A DNA stretch of 64,000 nucleotides from Paraspadella gotoi (Eukaryota > Animalia > Chaetognatha), in the NCBI GenBank assembly GCA_051294375.1, contig CM119266.1:20161657-20225656 (forward strand), written 5' to 3'. The translations under genes were made by a program, and so were the position numbers. Of the stretch, positions 27,001 to 42,000 are shown piece after piece. Below the pieces are notes generated by a model. That model did no database searches. It saw only the letters and a program-made list of their open reading frames with translations, and had not been told where the DNA came from. Each line of letters begins with the position of its first letter. Position 1 is the first letter of the stretch.

Positions 27001-30000
27001 AGTAAAATATTTTTAATATTTGGTATACTCTCCCTTGGCATCGATTATTGTTTGCATTCATCTGGGCATGCTCTCGTACAGCGATTTGAAGTATAACAGT
27101 GAAATGTTTTTCCACATCTTTAACACAATTCTTTTTAGAGTTGATGATGCGCGTTTTTCTTTCTTTTCTGAAAGCTATAATGGCAAGGTTCAATGTTTTT
27201 AGCATTGTGAAATTAAAAAATTAAAATTATTTGAAATAAAAATAAATAAATATCAAAAATAGTGGAAAACTAAATATGATTTTTTCGCCATTTTCTATTT
27301 GAAGTAGCGATCTTTTTTTACCTGTAACTTCTAAACTACTTAACCTACGAAAAAATGGAATGAAGCTACTGAAAAAAAATTTAATGTAAATTCGGAAACA
27401 TTCTGATTTTTTTAAAATCAAATAAGTTTTTGAGTACATATCCTTTACTAAAAATGTGATATACTTTTATCCTAGATAGTAATACACCATCCCCAGATTC
27501 GAGCCCTGAGGTTGTGAGATGGGCCGGTTAATCCACCGGAAGGCACGACTCTGCCGACAAATCCAAAACTATGAACTTCATTAAAAAGACTGCCGCCACG
27601 TGGTGACACTTCTGTAGATTGTAATTGTAATTTCTGTATTTTCTAAGGATGCGATGGCATGCGTACTGAGGAGGAAGTTGAAAAAGTTTCGGAAATCGGC
27701 TACAACTGCTTGGTTTGTCGACCTCGAACCGGTATGACAGAACACCCATTGCGTGTAGCGCTGAGGAAAGAGGAGGAAGGTCGTCGACAGGAAATGGAGG
27801 AACGCGCCAAAATTGCTGCCGCTCAAGTTGCCGCGGAGCGAGCGGAAAAAGAGAGAGAATTAGCTAAATCCAGACCGCCGATGCAATATTTTTTGGACGG
27901 AGTTTGTTTGTCCGAGACGGGAATAAATCGAATTCGAAGTCTACAGGTAATTAAAAGCCGGAATATTATAATAACACCGCCACAACAGTATAATCGGTGC
28001 TTTACATATTTATTTTTCTGACCGGAAAGATGAATCTACAATCGAGCGGAACAAAGAAGGGTCGACGCGGGACGAGGGCGGGAATGGGAGGAAATCGCGG
28101 TGGGATGCTAGGCGGCGGGATGTTAACAGGAGGAATGAACAAGAATCATCCGCAGATGGCCAAGCTTTTGCATCTCGGCGGCGCCGAGGTTCCCGGCGAA
28201 GATTCCGACGAGGAGCGCGACGCCGAACTAGACGAAAAAATGGATGAAGACGGCGTCCTTGCGGGCGTCGACGGTTCCCTCGGCCCGGACGGGAAGAAGA
28301 AGAGGTTGCGAAAGCCGATGAGGTTGGGTATCGGGGGATTCATGGTCCGTGGCAATCGCGGACGCGGTGGATTCCTCACTGGAAGGGGTCGACCGCCGAT
28401 CGGTCGAGGAGGCCACCCCGCCGACGAAGACACCACGGGTGGTGGAGCGGACGGCGACGTCGACGCGGCCGCGAACGACCCCAATGGAAAGGCCAAAAAG
28501 AAGGCCTGGAGGCGCAAAAAGGCTAAAGGGCTGATCGAAGAAGCCTACCCATCTTATCTGCAAGACGCTTTCTTTGGACGACCTCTTCTTGACATTCCAA
28601 CGGCCGCGGGACTCCTTCTTTCAGATGAAGAAGATACTGATGAAGTAGGCCCTGGGGTTGTCATTTCAACAAGTGCCATTTGACAAATTTATTCCTGCCA
28701 ATTACTTTTCAGGGACAAAGCTACAACTTTTTGCAACCACGAAGATTTGTACCACCAACAACGGAAAAAAATATTCATAAGTCTGATTCAACTTTACCGC
28801 CGACGCATCTCCTGGATGCGAACTTGCAGCAACAAAAAATGGGAGGTAGGTTTTTGGGTGCAATTAATAAAATAATCATAATTCTGCAGGTGCTATAAAT
28901 TATTACGTTACCTGAACAAAAATGCTCTGCTGCTCCGTTATCTATCAAATGTTCCTTTGTTAATATTGTTATGGCATCCTTTTTTTTCACATTTAATTTC
29001 CTGATTTAGCGAAACTGTTTTTAATTATGACAGCCTCTACTCCGCTCCGCGTTTCTGTGGGCGGTTCTGCGTCGTCTTCGACATCCGCCCCTTCCCCTAA
29101 GTCAGTTGGCACGTCAAGCCCGAGTTTAACTTCGCCCAATGAAAAAGCACAAGCCATCAAACTGTCACCTAACTTCCCACCGGTATGAAATACTAAATTA
29201 GCAAGTCTTGGGGAATTTTTATTCGTTGATTATAATAAGCTCTGTACATTATAATTCTAGATGAAATATTAATCTGCTTTACCTATCTCAGTCTACTCCC
29301 TCACCGAGACCCGAACCCTCGGCGAAACCTAACGAGGCCCCGCCTTCTTCCGACGACAGCAAGGAGGTGGAAACCAACCAGGACAATAACGACGACGACG
29401 ATCTTCATCTCGAAGACATTGACGATATCGACGACGATGAACTACTTAAGGTTTGTAGTGTAAAGGTGCTCTTGTTTTTCGGTGTGGCTTAACAATTTTT
29501 GAGTCGTCACTTTCTTTACGGAGGATTTTCTTATTAATTTTTTTTTTGTGGGTAAAACTGCACGTTCTGCTTCAAATTTCTGCGAGGGCTCTTGCTTCCG
29601 TTACTAATTTAAAAAGGTCGCCGTCCCCGAAACCGGCGCTCTGTTTTAAAGCGTAACCTAAGTCATTAAGTTAGTCGCCGACAGGCCGCCTCTTAGTTAC
29701 CTACGATTTTGTTATTTCATTTAATAATTTCATTTTAATATTTTTTTAGGAACTCGGTTTAGACCCGGATGATATGAAAACGGTCGACGATGTCGCCGCC
29801 GGAGCAGACGAATCAAGCGGGCGAGCCGCTGCCCCGGTAGAGGCTCCTGTCCCTTCTGCATCCACACCCAATCCGGCGTCATCGACCACAAAATCGGCTT
29901 CTTCTATCAGCGCCACCTCGACTGGAAACACGGCGGGTGACTTAGACGACGTGGGGGACGTTTTCAGTGGCGTGGCAGAACTAGAAAAAAATTTTGACAT

Positions 30001-33000
30001 TCACAAAATGGCCGAAGAAGGACCTTTTCCTCTCGACTCGAAAACCGTTGAAGACATTTTCAGCGTCATAGGTAGATTGCAATATTTTTGGCGACATATA
30101 CGACGGTTGTTCTTAACTTCTTATATTTATTACTTATTAATAATATTAGTTATTTTTACTTTATTTTATTACGAGGTGACGAGTCGAGTCAGAGTGGGCC
30201 TCCGTTTGCTCCTAGTCCCAACCAATCTAATCCTCAGCAGCAAGCCTCCCATACTGTAGGCATGCCCCAGCTTCCAGGAAACCAAATGGGGCCACAAGCC
30301 CATCCTCAACCCGGAGCCCAAGCACACCCACAAAGTCTAGGACCTTTGCAGGTAATAATACACAAAGATACAATTTTAAACATCTGATATTAATATTAAT
30401 TATTAACGGATAAAAAATCGTGAGACGGACGGACGTAAATTTGTTAGCATTTTTCATAATTTTGTTCTGAGACTGACGGACTTATATTAGAGCTGGAATG
30501 TGCGATAAGCAGATCCGGCTTAAAAAAATCCTAAAAGTAATAATAATTCGACGCACATGGACGAAAAAATGGATACATTAAGATTAAAGAACCAAGTTGG
30601 GAGGAAACAATCATAAAAGTAACTTGGCTATGCAACAACTAGAGTGTGTCCCAATGGTACCAACATTTTACAAATGAATACTATGTGACGGTATATTCAC
30701 ACCGCCTCACATCCAGCTTCGTTGAGCATATCCCATTGGCTCAGAGTGGGAACTCACCATCCCAAACGATACGTTCAATCCACAGTCCTAAGTCCTAACG
30801 ACTTCCCTTTGTGTTGGCAAAGCCGTTCTTGGGTAACCGCGCCAGTGGCCGGCGGCACCGCTGAGGGTTGGAAGCCACTAAAGCCAACAGTGAGATGTCC
30901 CATCCCAATGAGCTTCCCAGGCAACCCGGCTGTTTCTATAACTGTACAACGTTAATGTATAAAGACATAACAACAACCAAGAGGATAACATTTGAATATA
31001 CACTTAATGTTATTGTCTTTTCAATTTCATTGCTATTTTATAGATTGATCCTCAGGGACCTATTACAACGGGTCCTAATCAATTTGTGAGGGGGCCTCAT
31101 GGGGCACCACCCCCGATGTCTCCGATTAGTCACATGGGCCCAGGCAATGGGCACGGTTCTCAACATCCCGGCAGCTTATCTCCTTTTGGAATGCCCAACA
31201 ACCAACCCGGTTTGTCTCAGGTATATAAAAATAGACGAAAAATATAATTTATTCTAGGTTCCTGGCATTTTTCTTTTGGAACTTATTTTTTTCTTTTTCT
31301 TAGTCTCCATTTCATCCGTCACCCGGTGCGGTGGAAACGCAGTTCAGTAGCGCAAGCGCAGTTGGAGCACCTCACGGATTTTCCCCTGGATTCAGGAGTG
31401 AGCCAAGTCCTACGGGTATTCCCCCACCCGCCCCAAGCGGGGTTGTTAATCCGCCGCCATGGGCATCACCTACAGGACCTGTTCCACCTGGAATGATCAC
31501 CTCGACATCCGGTATTTAATTTTCCTAATCTTCATGCGATGTTTTGAAATGTGATTACTGTATATGTACGAGCGTACAAAAATTTTAGTATTCAGTATAT
31601 TCGGCAATAGACCAACGGTAACGATTCTATATCCAACGAGCCAAGGCAAATAAATGGACTACTCCTTCGAAACCAAAAATTTAACTATAAAAGAAATTAT
31701 TCTGATAAGTTATGAAGTACATATTTAATTATTATTTATTGGCAGGCGGTCCTCAGTCTTTGACAGCTTCCTCCCCTAGCAAGAGCGGCCTTGAAGAGGG
31801 AGAAGTCGAAATGACATCTGGTGATACCGGCAAAAAGGCGACGCAATTGTCATATAATCAGAGAACTGTTCAAAAATGGGAAGAAGACGAGAAATTAGGT
31901 AATCTCTCATATCTAGTACAAATGTAGCTTCTGTGACTAATAATATATGAGATTTTTAAAATTTAGTGGCTTTCTTCTTTCTGGCGAGTGATCACGAGAC
32001 GAAATTATATAAAGAATAAATTTTCCGTTTAAGGACAGAAGTGTTTGCCGATATTTTGATTTCTCGATATGCCGAAAAAATGTTTTTAAAAATTACTGTA
32101 TAAAAGATATTGAAAGATGAGACTTTGAAATGCAATATGTACAATAGACACATTTGAATCCAACAATATTTTAATTAGATAACCAGTCAGGGTGTCATTC
32201 TGTTCGTTTTTCTAAGCTCTTTTTAACTAAGAAAGTATTTTATAAGCATATGACTATAAATTGTATTTTCTGTTAATTGACTCAATTTTTTTTTCTGAGA
32301 GCTCAACTCTGTTGAATAGTCTATTGTGGGTTAAGGCCTACAAAATTCTTACTGCAAGCTTTCAATCAAGACTCTCTCAACGTCTAGTTTATGCATTCTT
32401 AGAGTACCAGTCTCTTCGAAGGTGTGGGTTTGAATCTGACTTCTGCCACCACGTTAAACGAGATTTTAATGGCGAAATCAATTGTGGTATTATTCTTGGG
32501 GTGAGGAGCGACGGTGAGACACACGTACGAGTCTTGGCCAATGCTAAGTCTATCTGAAAGCTTTGTTACTGATTGGTGGGTGCCGGTTCCATGGACATTG
32601 GACAACCAATCAGTTGCGATATAATATTTCAAAGCATGTTTCAATTGTTTTAAAGTATGTCTTAAAAATGTGATTAGAATAATACTAAGATGTGTGTCAT
32701 TACAACTTAAACTGCCTCATCGCTGTCCGTCCTCAGCCTAGTCTCAAAGTCTGAGTATCTACCGTACGTCCTGGGTTCAATCCCTTGATCCCTGGATAAA
32801 TGTGACGGGACCGGTTTAAAATGTATGCTATTGTTAGTGACAGAAGGCGGTCACAATAATTATTATTAAATGTATAATAAAATATTGAAATAGTTTTAAC
32901 TTTTCACTACTAATTATTTTAAAATATTAAATTTTATCCTTTATCTTTCATTAATTAAATTTCAAACCTTTTTGTGACACAGGATTGAGCGCGACTATAT

Positions 33001-36000
33001 CACCCGTGCTTTACGCGAACATGGTTCACCCTGAGTTCAAGGAGAAGTATCCCGACTGGACAGAGCGCGCGAAACAAATAATGAAGATTTGGCGACGGAT
33101 TCCGACAGAAGATCGGGCGCCTTTTCTGGCCAAGGCGCGGGAAAACAGGGCGCAGAGACGGATGGACAAGAGTCAGAAGCAAGTCAGTGAGGTTAGTTAT
33201 GCACTATCTAGATAGTGTTTTTATTTTACCATTAATGCATAATATGCTTATTTTTTTTAATTGTTTTCATCTTAGGCATTGCAAAGGAGAGGAGGCAATA
33301 CTGCCGGACCAACTGGACCCCCACCTAATGTACCAATGAGCGGTCAGTCTGGAGGTCCCGACATTTCTGGCAATTTGGGTCCATCTATTGGTGGGGACAT
33401 GTTAGGCCAAGTGGGACCGAACATGAGTACCATGGCGCCGCCTCCTCCACAACAGCAGCAGACGCCCTCCCCTCAAGCGAATCCCATGATGAACAATCCT
33501 CCTGGACAACCGAACATTTGTTCAGGCTCCAATCCCTCGGCCGGCGGGAGCGGTCCCCACGGGATGTCCTCATCCAACCTTGGAATAAACGTTATGTCTG
33601 ACAACAGTTCGCCGATAGGAGGTTCTGTCCAATCAGTGGGTCCTCGTCCTATGATGGGCGGGCCTCAAGGACTCATTGGGGGACCCGATAGCATGATTTG
33701 TCCTCCTGTCAGCGGCGCAAATCAAACCGGACCCAATTTTCCCATGCGAATGATGGGAGGTCCGGGAATGAATATGCGAATGCCGAATCCTATGAGGATT
33801 GTCGGGGGTCCAATGCCCATGGGTCCCATGGGGGGTCCTCTTGGTCAGTCGACGGGTTTGGGAATCATGCCGGAGGATACCACGCCGATAATGCTACCTC
33901 CAGGTTTGTTAATTTGAATAAATATATCTTTCTGTAGTTTTGCTTGTGATTCCAGTCTTAAATAAATTTGATATCAATTAGGAATGAAAGCAGGTCCGGA
34001 TGCTGAAAAGTTTATCAAAGATCAAAAATTGGTTCGTGAGAAGGAACAAGAAGCGAGATGGAAAATGTTGCAACAACAACGCATTGCTCAGCGTATGGCG
34101 CAGCAACAACAGCAGCAACAACAAATTGGACCTCACGGAGGCTCTGTCTTTGATGGAGGACCGGGATTTGTACCTGGAGTACCTCAGCAGCAATTACAAC
34201 CTCAACAACCCAATTTGATATCTTCCGCTTCTGAAATTAATGCCACGAACATGGGAGGTGCGCCCTCTGATTCAGGTATTAAGATTAATAATTAGAACTT
34301 ATTTGTTATTTACATATATGCTGCCCAATTCCTTTTTCGTCAAGTATTAAATAATTTTTTTAAAAATAAAAAAAAACCAACAATTATATGTATATCGTGA
34401 TCGTTACTCAAATGTAATACAAATCGTCAATGATATTAAAATTGTTGTAAAAATTCAGCCTGCGTCATGACTGGAGTTCCCTCGCCCGCATCGTCTGTTA
34501 CATCACAAGGTGGGACTTCTGATGCCGGAGGAGCCGGGGGTTTGGCGCGATCCGGAACTCCTGGAGCTGATGGTCGACTATCACAATCTGGGACGCCAGA
34601 ACCGAGATCTGGCGGCGCCTCCCCAATGCCGCCTCAGAGCCCGAAGGATAAGATGCTGCTGTCACCAACAGGGTCTTCTCCTAGGTAAACAGGTTTTCGT
34701 TTTTATCTCACCAGACAGGCGAATGCCCGACTTGGGAGAGATGTTAATTCGTTTCTGCTTCTTTTGACCGTAGTCATTGCCGCGTTGTTTTAACATTGAA
34801 AATAGCTCGTGTGTAACCATAGGAAGCTGAAAATTTTAGAATTGGCTTCTCATGATTGAGGTCTTTTAAATTGTTATGTTTCATATTTCTACACTCATTT
34901 GTTTGTTTTATTTATGAAACAATTTTTATATATAAATATGTTCAGCTCTGCAGCGGCTGTATAAAAATAAATAAAGTTGTAAACTAGCAATTATGATAAT
35001 TAAATCATTAATAATTTAGCTATTAATTGAACTACAAACCAATATGATCATTAACCAATGTAATATATTAATATTAAACTTTTAGGGCAATAGAACAAAA
35101 ATTTATTAAAGCTTAATCAAAATACGACAATATTCAAATAAGATTGAGGAACTTAATCTCATTTGAGATAATCCACAAATTAATCTGCTACAGCGCCTCT
35201 CCAGTTTCTCTCTTTCTTTTTTTTTTAATTATATCGTTCTTTTTTTTTCCATTGTATCTTCTGATTTGTCTAAAAACGAGTTCGCTCTGCAGCGGCTGCC
35301 CAGCTTCTTTCTCTCTTACTTATACACGCATTTGTTTTATTTACGAAGAATGACTATCATTGCCTCAATGAATAATTATTATTGCCTCAATGAATGATTA
35401 TCATTGCATCAATGAATGACTATCATTACATCCATCATTTGGTTATCATTGCATCAATATTTGGTTATCATCGCATCAATGTTTGTTATCATCGTATTAA
35501 TATTTGGTTATCATCGAATCGATAATAAAATTAATATTAATAATAAATTATTTTTATATCAATCAAACAATTATTGTTACATCAATCAATTAATTATTAT
35601 TATATCAATCAATCAATTATTATTACATCAATAATTTGTTATAGCATCAATCATTCATTTTTTTCGTATTTTTTCATTAATTTTTTTATATTAACGTCTG
35701 GCGTGATCACTATACTTTTAAGATATTTTCAAATAAAATATTTTGATTTTTCTCTCTATACCTTTCGTTTGAAATTATCGAGAATTTTCTGTTATAGACA
35801 TGGATTCCAAGTTTCTAGTCCCGTCGATGATCCCGAAGCACGAATGGCGTCAACTCCGCCAATATCTAGTGCAACGCCGCCACCCGTTCTGCAACAAAAC
35901 GCCTGTCCCATCCCTGCGCAAATGATACGGCCCCAAAGACCGCAGACTCAGACAACTTTCGATCCATATTCTTCTCAACCTGGTACTCCGCATCCTTCGT

Positions 36001-39000
36001 CCCAGCTAATTATGATGCGTCCTCCCGGACTCGTAAGCGGATTTGGAGCACCAATCCGCGCTCCGGCCATGACATCTTCTGGGGATCCTTTCGTAAAACC
36101 GCCACCTCCACCGCCTCGACCAAGACCACAAACTATCGTTTCTTCATCAAGTGATCCAATATCTTCGGGGACGGATCCGTTTCTCAGACCTGCACCGCCG
36201 TCAATGGCGAGACCTAACATGGGACCACCTAGATTCATGGGGCCTCCCTTAAGAGGAACAACTCCTAATGCTCAGAGTAAGCACAAGTTTTGTAGAGATT
36301 TGTAAGTAAAGAACGCTTAAATAAATGACTGACATTTTAAAAATTTTGAGAAAAAAGTATTTCATAATCATTGTAGCAAACAAATCAAACTTTCTCTTAT
36401 TCAAAACACAACGAAAGAAAGAAATATATACCATAATCATGTATAACTCGTCCTCTGCAGATTTTCCGCGCCCGCAAGGAACACCAAATTCTCCGAGCCC
36501 TTCTTCGCCGATGACAGACCCTTATTTAACTCCACCTGGTACTCCGCGTCCTGGACCGGTCACAATTAGAATGGCATCCAAACCAACCCCAGATTCATTT
36601 AGTACTCAACCACAGACTCCGAGGTGAGGCAATTTGTTATGGATGAAGGATTGACCTGGTCCATTCGCATGATCACTTTCCTTCTTCGACAGGCCGTCTT
36701 TAAGTTCTCCAGATCCCTACAATCAGCAGCCCATAACGCCGAGACCATCCAGCGCCGGTAACGGACCTCGTTCGCCTAGTCACGGAGGCGGCGGCGTCCC
36801 TTCACCAAGCTCTCCTTTTTCCAATGGCGGAAAACAAATGCCTCTAAGCCCCTCGGGACTCAAACCGCCTACTCCCGGACATGAAGGTTCTCATTCTCCA
36901 CGACATCAACCCAACAGCCCCGTGGAATCATTTAGCCAACAACAGCCTGGTGGTAATCTTTAATCTCCAGAATATTTAAGTTTTGAGAGTTTTGAGAGGA
37001 TTATTGATTTGAAGCTAGTAATTAAGCTTAAGAAAATGATTCATTAATGTTCTACGAATGATTCATTTACTTTTCTCTCAAGTAATTAATAAGATTTTAA
37101 AAATAATACACATTTCTTATTAGTTTTTTGCACCTTTTAACTCTTTATTTGGCTTTTTCAGCATCGGTTACTGGCGGAAATTGCATGATGTCTCCTCCGC
37201 ATTCTTCACCCGGTGGAAACATGTCTCCACGTCCGCCTTCCAATGAGTCCTTCGCTGTTCCACAAGGTCCTCGAACTCAAATGAGTCCCCGAGGACTATC
37301 TCCAGGTAATTTGCCAGAATTAGTTGGTAAAGGATAATAGTCTAATACTAATAGAAACGATGTGTAATATTATTGGCCACAGCTTGTCTTTTTTTCACTG
37401 CACTCCAAACGGTTCTTTAAAAAAAAACAAAGAAAAAACAAAACAAAACCAAACAAAACTGATTTTCCTGCAACAGCCCTGTCCTACAGAAAGCATGCCA
37501 CGTAGGATTTTTTCCCGTGAAAAATCTTTTCAATCGTTATATAATTTTCTTCAACGAAATTAAGTCTTGCATAATTTCCCTCTTTCACTTTTACTCGTAA
37601 TTTCTTTATCAGCCGTCCGAGGCCCACTCCACAATTCACTACCCCCTCAAAATCCCCTCCACTCTCCCGAAGAGCCTTTTGCTATGCACCATCACGTGGC
37701 CCCCTCACTACGGGGGCCCCGACCCGGCTTGTTGGGACTCCAAGATCCCTATGCGTTACAATCAGGGGCCCCCAGACCTGGAGGTAGACAGAAAAATTAT
37801 CCTTCCTAATCTCATTCAATCCTAATTTTTATGGATTGAGTTTAGCAGATGATAATAAATAAAATCATAAACATTAGGACCCATACTTGATTAGTTAGTT
37901 CTAAATTCATAAATTGCGTAAATTTTGAAATGATGAATGCTGACTCCAGGATAATAAAAAAATATTTTAAATCTATATGGATGCTTTTTGAAATTTAACT
38001 AATTTAACTGTTTCAAAATAACAGATTCTATCTTATGCATGATTATTGATTAAGTAAAACAAATTTGTGATATTTCAATGCTTTTTATATTTTTTTAATG
38101 AAATTTTTATTTTTTGATCTAATTATGAAATTAGTTTAACCAAATTAAAAATAATCGTACATTAAATAAATAAACTATCTTGCCCTTCACTTGGGAAAGA
38201 TTTTGACGGGCAAAGGCAAAGATAATAACAAAGCAAGACCCGACAAGGTTTCAATCACGACTCTATACCCCTTTAGGTTATTAACTCCCAGAGCAATTGG
38301 TTTCCTTTTCAATGAAGTTATATATATTTTTCTATGATCTGTTTCAATTGTATTGGAGCAGGTGTTATCAGGAGAATGAAACAGAATAGTAATACGTAGA
38401 CAAACAATAAGCGTGAAGGTCAAGGCGTTGCGAGGCTGTGACTTTTTGTGAATGTATTTTTCGATGATCATGAAACGTTTACAAAAAATTAGGTTTTAAG
38501 CAAAACAACCAAAATTACACGAAATATGCTACATTTCCTTTGTGACTATAATTTTGTATGGTCAATATACAAGTATGAAACAATATGCATAAGAATTAAT
38601 TATTATTACTTTATTATTACCCTGCCAATTATCATTTAAAATGATTTAGGTTTGTATAAACTTCTTTGAATTTTAGGTTATGAAAGTTGCAAAATTAATT
38701 GTTTCACTAACTTTATTTTTTTATTTTTTAGATTTAAAATAACTATTTATGATTTTATTTATTGGTTAAAATATTTTTGTGTTAAATATTTAAATATAAA
38801 ATAATTTATCTGTTTGGGATGGGAACGTTAGTGTTGTCTTCTGGAAATAGAGGGTGCATCTATACAACACAAGGTAAGATTACTTTCTGTTCCAGTTTTC
38901 TAATAGATATCGTACATCATTCCTGTTGGAAAATCATTAATGAGAAACTCATAATATCTACAAGGCCGAACAAAAATGGGGGAATGATTATTTTTATCAT

Positions 39001-42000
39001 AAGGATAAAACTACATAGTATAGTTGTAAGTTCTGATAGGGATACATACTGGGGAAAGGTTTATAGGGACGCCTTTATATTTCTAATGTAATTTTAAAGT
39101 ATATGTTAAACTTTTTTATGAGTTTTTTTTTTTGTTTTTTTAAATTTTTTATGTGATCTTTTTTTTTAAGTTTTTTTTTGGGTTTAGGTTTTTTTTTATG
39201 GTACCTTACCTTTCTACCAAATATTAACTTAAAAGTTTTACCCGAATTAAAAATATTTAAAACATAAGTGGGACAAGCCGATAGACAAACATCTCGACCA
39301 AAAAGTGACTTATAGAGTTGCTCCGCGAGTACTCGCCCCGTAACTAAAAACAAAACTAGAAAAATTGGACAAAAAAATTTGTTGACCGTTTGCTTCTTTT
39401 CTTATGAAATCTGTATAACCAATATAAAATTATACATTCATTTAATTGGGACTTTGGACCTGACTTTGGACATGTCTAATATCATTTTTTAGATTGTTTG
39501 ATTGGTTGATCAGGAAGAAAGTTAGCAAAACTTGGATATTAAGTGATAAGGATGTTATGTTATGATTAATATTAAAAAAATTGCATCACTATTTGAATTG
39601 AAAATTTTTTTTCCGATTTAAACTCAACAAATCCATATTAAATTAATTTTCTGCCACCGGTTATTCAGTGGTCACGATCTAAATTTGCTTAATAACTCTC
39701 TCATATCGTTTTTTTTTTTCAACTGATTTATCAGTTTTTTTTTTTTTTTTTTGCACGCACTGTTTCAACCCTGACTGTTATAGCCGAAACCTTATCGCTT
39801 TGCATGAGCTTAAGAGTATTCATTATTCAATTAAAAAAAAGAGAACAGTTTTCTAAAGAAATATTAATCTGATTTGCCTTTGTTTTTTAAGTCATGTGAC
39901 AAATCTATTTGGCTATTTTTGATTCAGGCAAACCAGATCCACAAATTCAAGAAATTCGTCAAAGGTATCTGCAAGAACGTATGGGAATCTCTCAGGCTGC
40001 GAATACTTCCGAAAATATAGCTGGAAATACCGTCATGGAGGCAAGTCAAAATGATTTTCTTAAGATTTGGATGAATTGTTTATCGATTTTTCACTTTCTC
40101 TTTAGATGCAAGCCGGAAGTGTTTCGGGGAGTATGATGAGTCCTGAATCTGGACAGCTTTCCCCAAGTGGCTCTATGTCGCCCGGCGGGCCAGCCAGCCC
40201 CCGTGGGCAACAGCTAAGAGATCATCTGGCCAAAATAACCCATCATAAAATTATGAAGCATCGACAGAATCAAGGTAATTTCAATGCAAAATTTAATACT
40301 GTCGCATCCAATAGTTTAAACGTTTACTTTTACAGGTAATTCAGCTCCTCCTGAAGCAGCCGGCGATTCTTGTCTCTGGAACATGGAGGCAGGCGATAAT
40401 AGTCCAACTGTACTGTCTTCCGCAGCTACTTCAATAGCAGGTCCTAGAGGTCCACCTCTTCAACAGCAAGGGCCACGCGGTTCTATGATGGGATTGATGG
40501 GCCCACCTCGACCTATGATGGTTCCCGATGGTTTAATGAACACTCCCCCACGTGGAATGATGACTTCCGGTAGCAGTCCCGGACAAATGATGAACATGAG
40601 AATGGGCGGACCCACCGGTGGGACCCATTTTATGGAAGAAGGAGCAATGTCTAACAACAGTCCAGGAGGAATTATGAGGCCAGTGGGAGGAGATCATCAC
40701 ATGATGCACCCACGAATGCAAATGGGGAACATCCCTGGCCATGGACAGATGTTCATGAGACCATCTGGGCCTTTGGGTAATTAATTTATTTTTGGTATGC
40801 TTTGAATTATGGCATCAATTTCGTCATCACTTTAATATTTTTCATTATTTATATAATTTTGAGAGTTCAATTTTTTTGGGGGGGGGTTTACGTCTTTTGT
40901 CGCCCATCGAAGATTTCTTAGCCATATTTTCTACAATCAGCCCCATTTAAAACCAGGTGAGGGTTAAAGATTAGATTAAAAATGAAATTAAGGATTAGGT
41001 TAAGGATTAGGTTAAGGATTAGGTTAAGGATTTGGTTAGGGATATGGTTAAAAATTTGGTTTTGGATTAGCTTAAGGAATAGGGATTAAATTAAATAATA
41101 GGTAATAGATCAGGTTCAAATATTAAAATAAAAATAAAGTTAAAGGTTTTAGAACAGAAATGGGATGCTTTCGGAAAAAGTGCCTTTTTTATTCATTTGG
41201 CATAAAAAATTATAAATATAAAGTTAAAATTCATTTTATCCTCTCCTAGTTACTTCACCCGTTTTTTAACGTCCTAGGCGTTCTCGTCACTCTTTTTACA
41301 ATTAATCAATTGATGATCCTGGATTGTGGATCGTGAATTGTCGATCAACGTTGGTTGATCGTGAGTAGTTAAATTGAATTTACCGCTGGAGCTCAGGGCT
41401 TTTGACCTGCAGTGACCACCCCATGTCTCTGGCGTGTTTATGCCGGTATCATCAGTGTGATCGTGAGGGAATTGAGCTCGGAACTCACGGTTGGTGAACG
41501 AGTACTTAGCTGTCCAAACCAATAGGACGAGCTGAGTTTAACCAAGCTATTCGCGAGGCTCATCTAGTATTTGCCACAATATAAAATTTACATTTTTTTT
41601 TTACAAATATACTTTTATCGCAATTTTTTTTCCAGATCACTATGCTTTAAATATTTTATTCTTACTTTTTTAAATTTTTTCTAGCGGTTTAGTTAGTATG
41701 TTAATTTACTTGTCAGGGTTTTCAATGGACATGCAGCACCCCACTCATCCGATGCAAATGCGAATGGGAGGCCCCACCAACAGCAACATGATGCAAAATA
41801 GAGGGCCATATCCATGGGGAATGAATCAAACAAATGCGACATCGGGTACTGTCCAAGCGGTCGATGCTGGTGGGAACCCTCTTGATCCATATGACCATTT
41901 AGTCCGTCAGCCTCATTTTGGGCCGCGAGGCTCAGGCGGCTTTCAGCCTGGTGGTCCTGGAGGTCCTCGAGTTTCAATGCCTCCTAGCGGTCCGTCAGTC

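Noticed and set aside
28146-28563. Antisense ORFs over GC-rich KMT2C/D exons (also 62312-62816 and others)
   Set aside because: Shadow frames of low-complexity coding exons.
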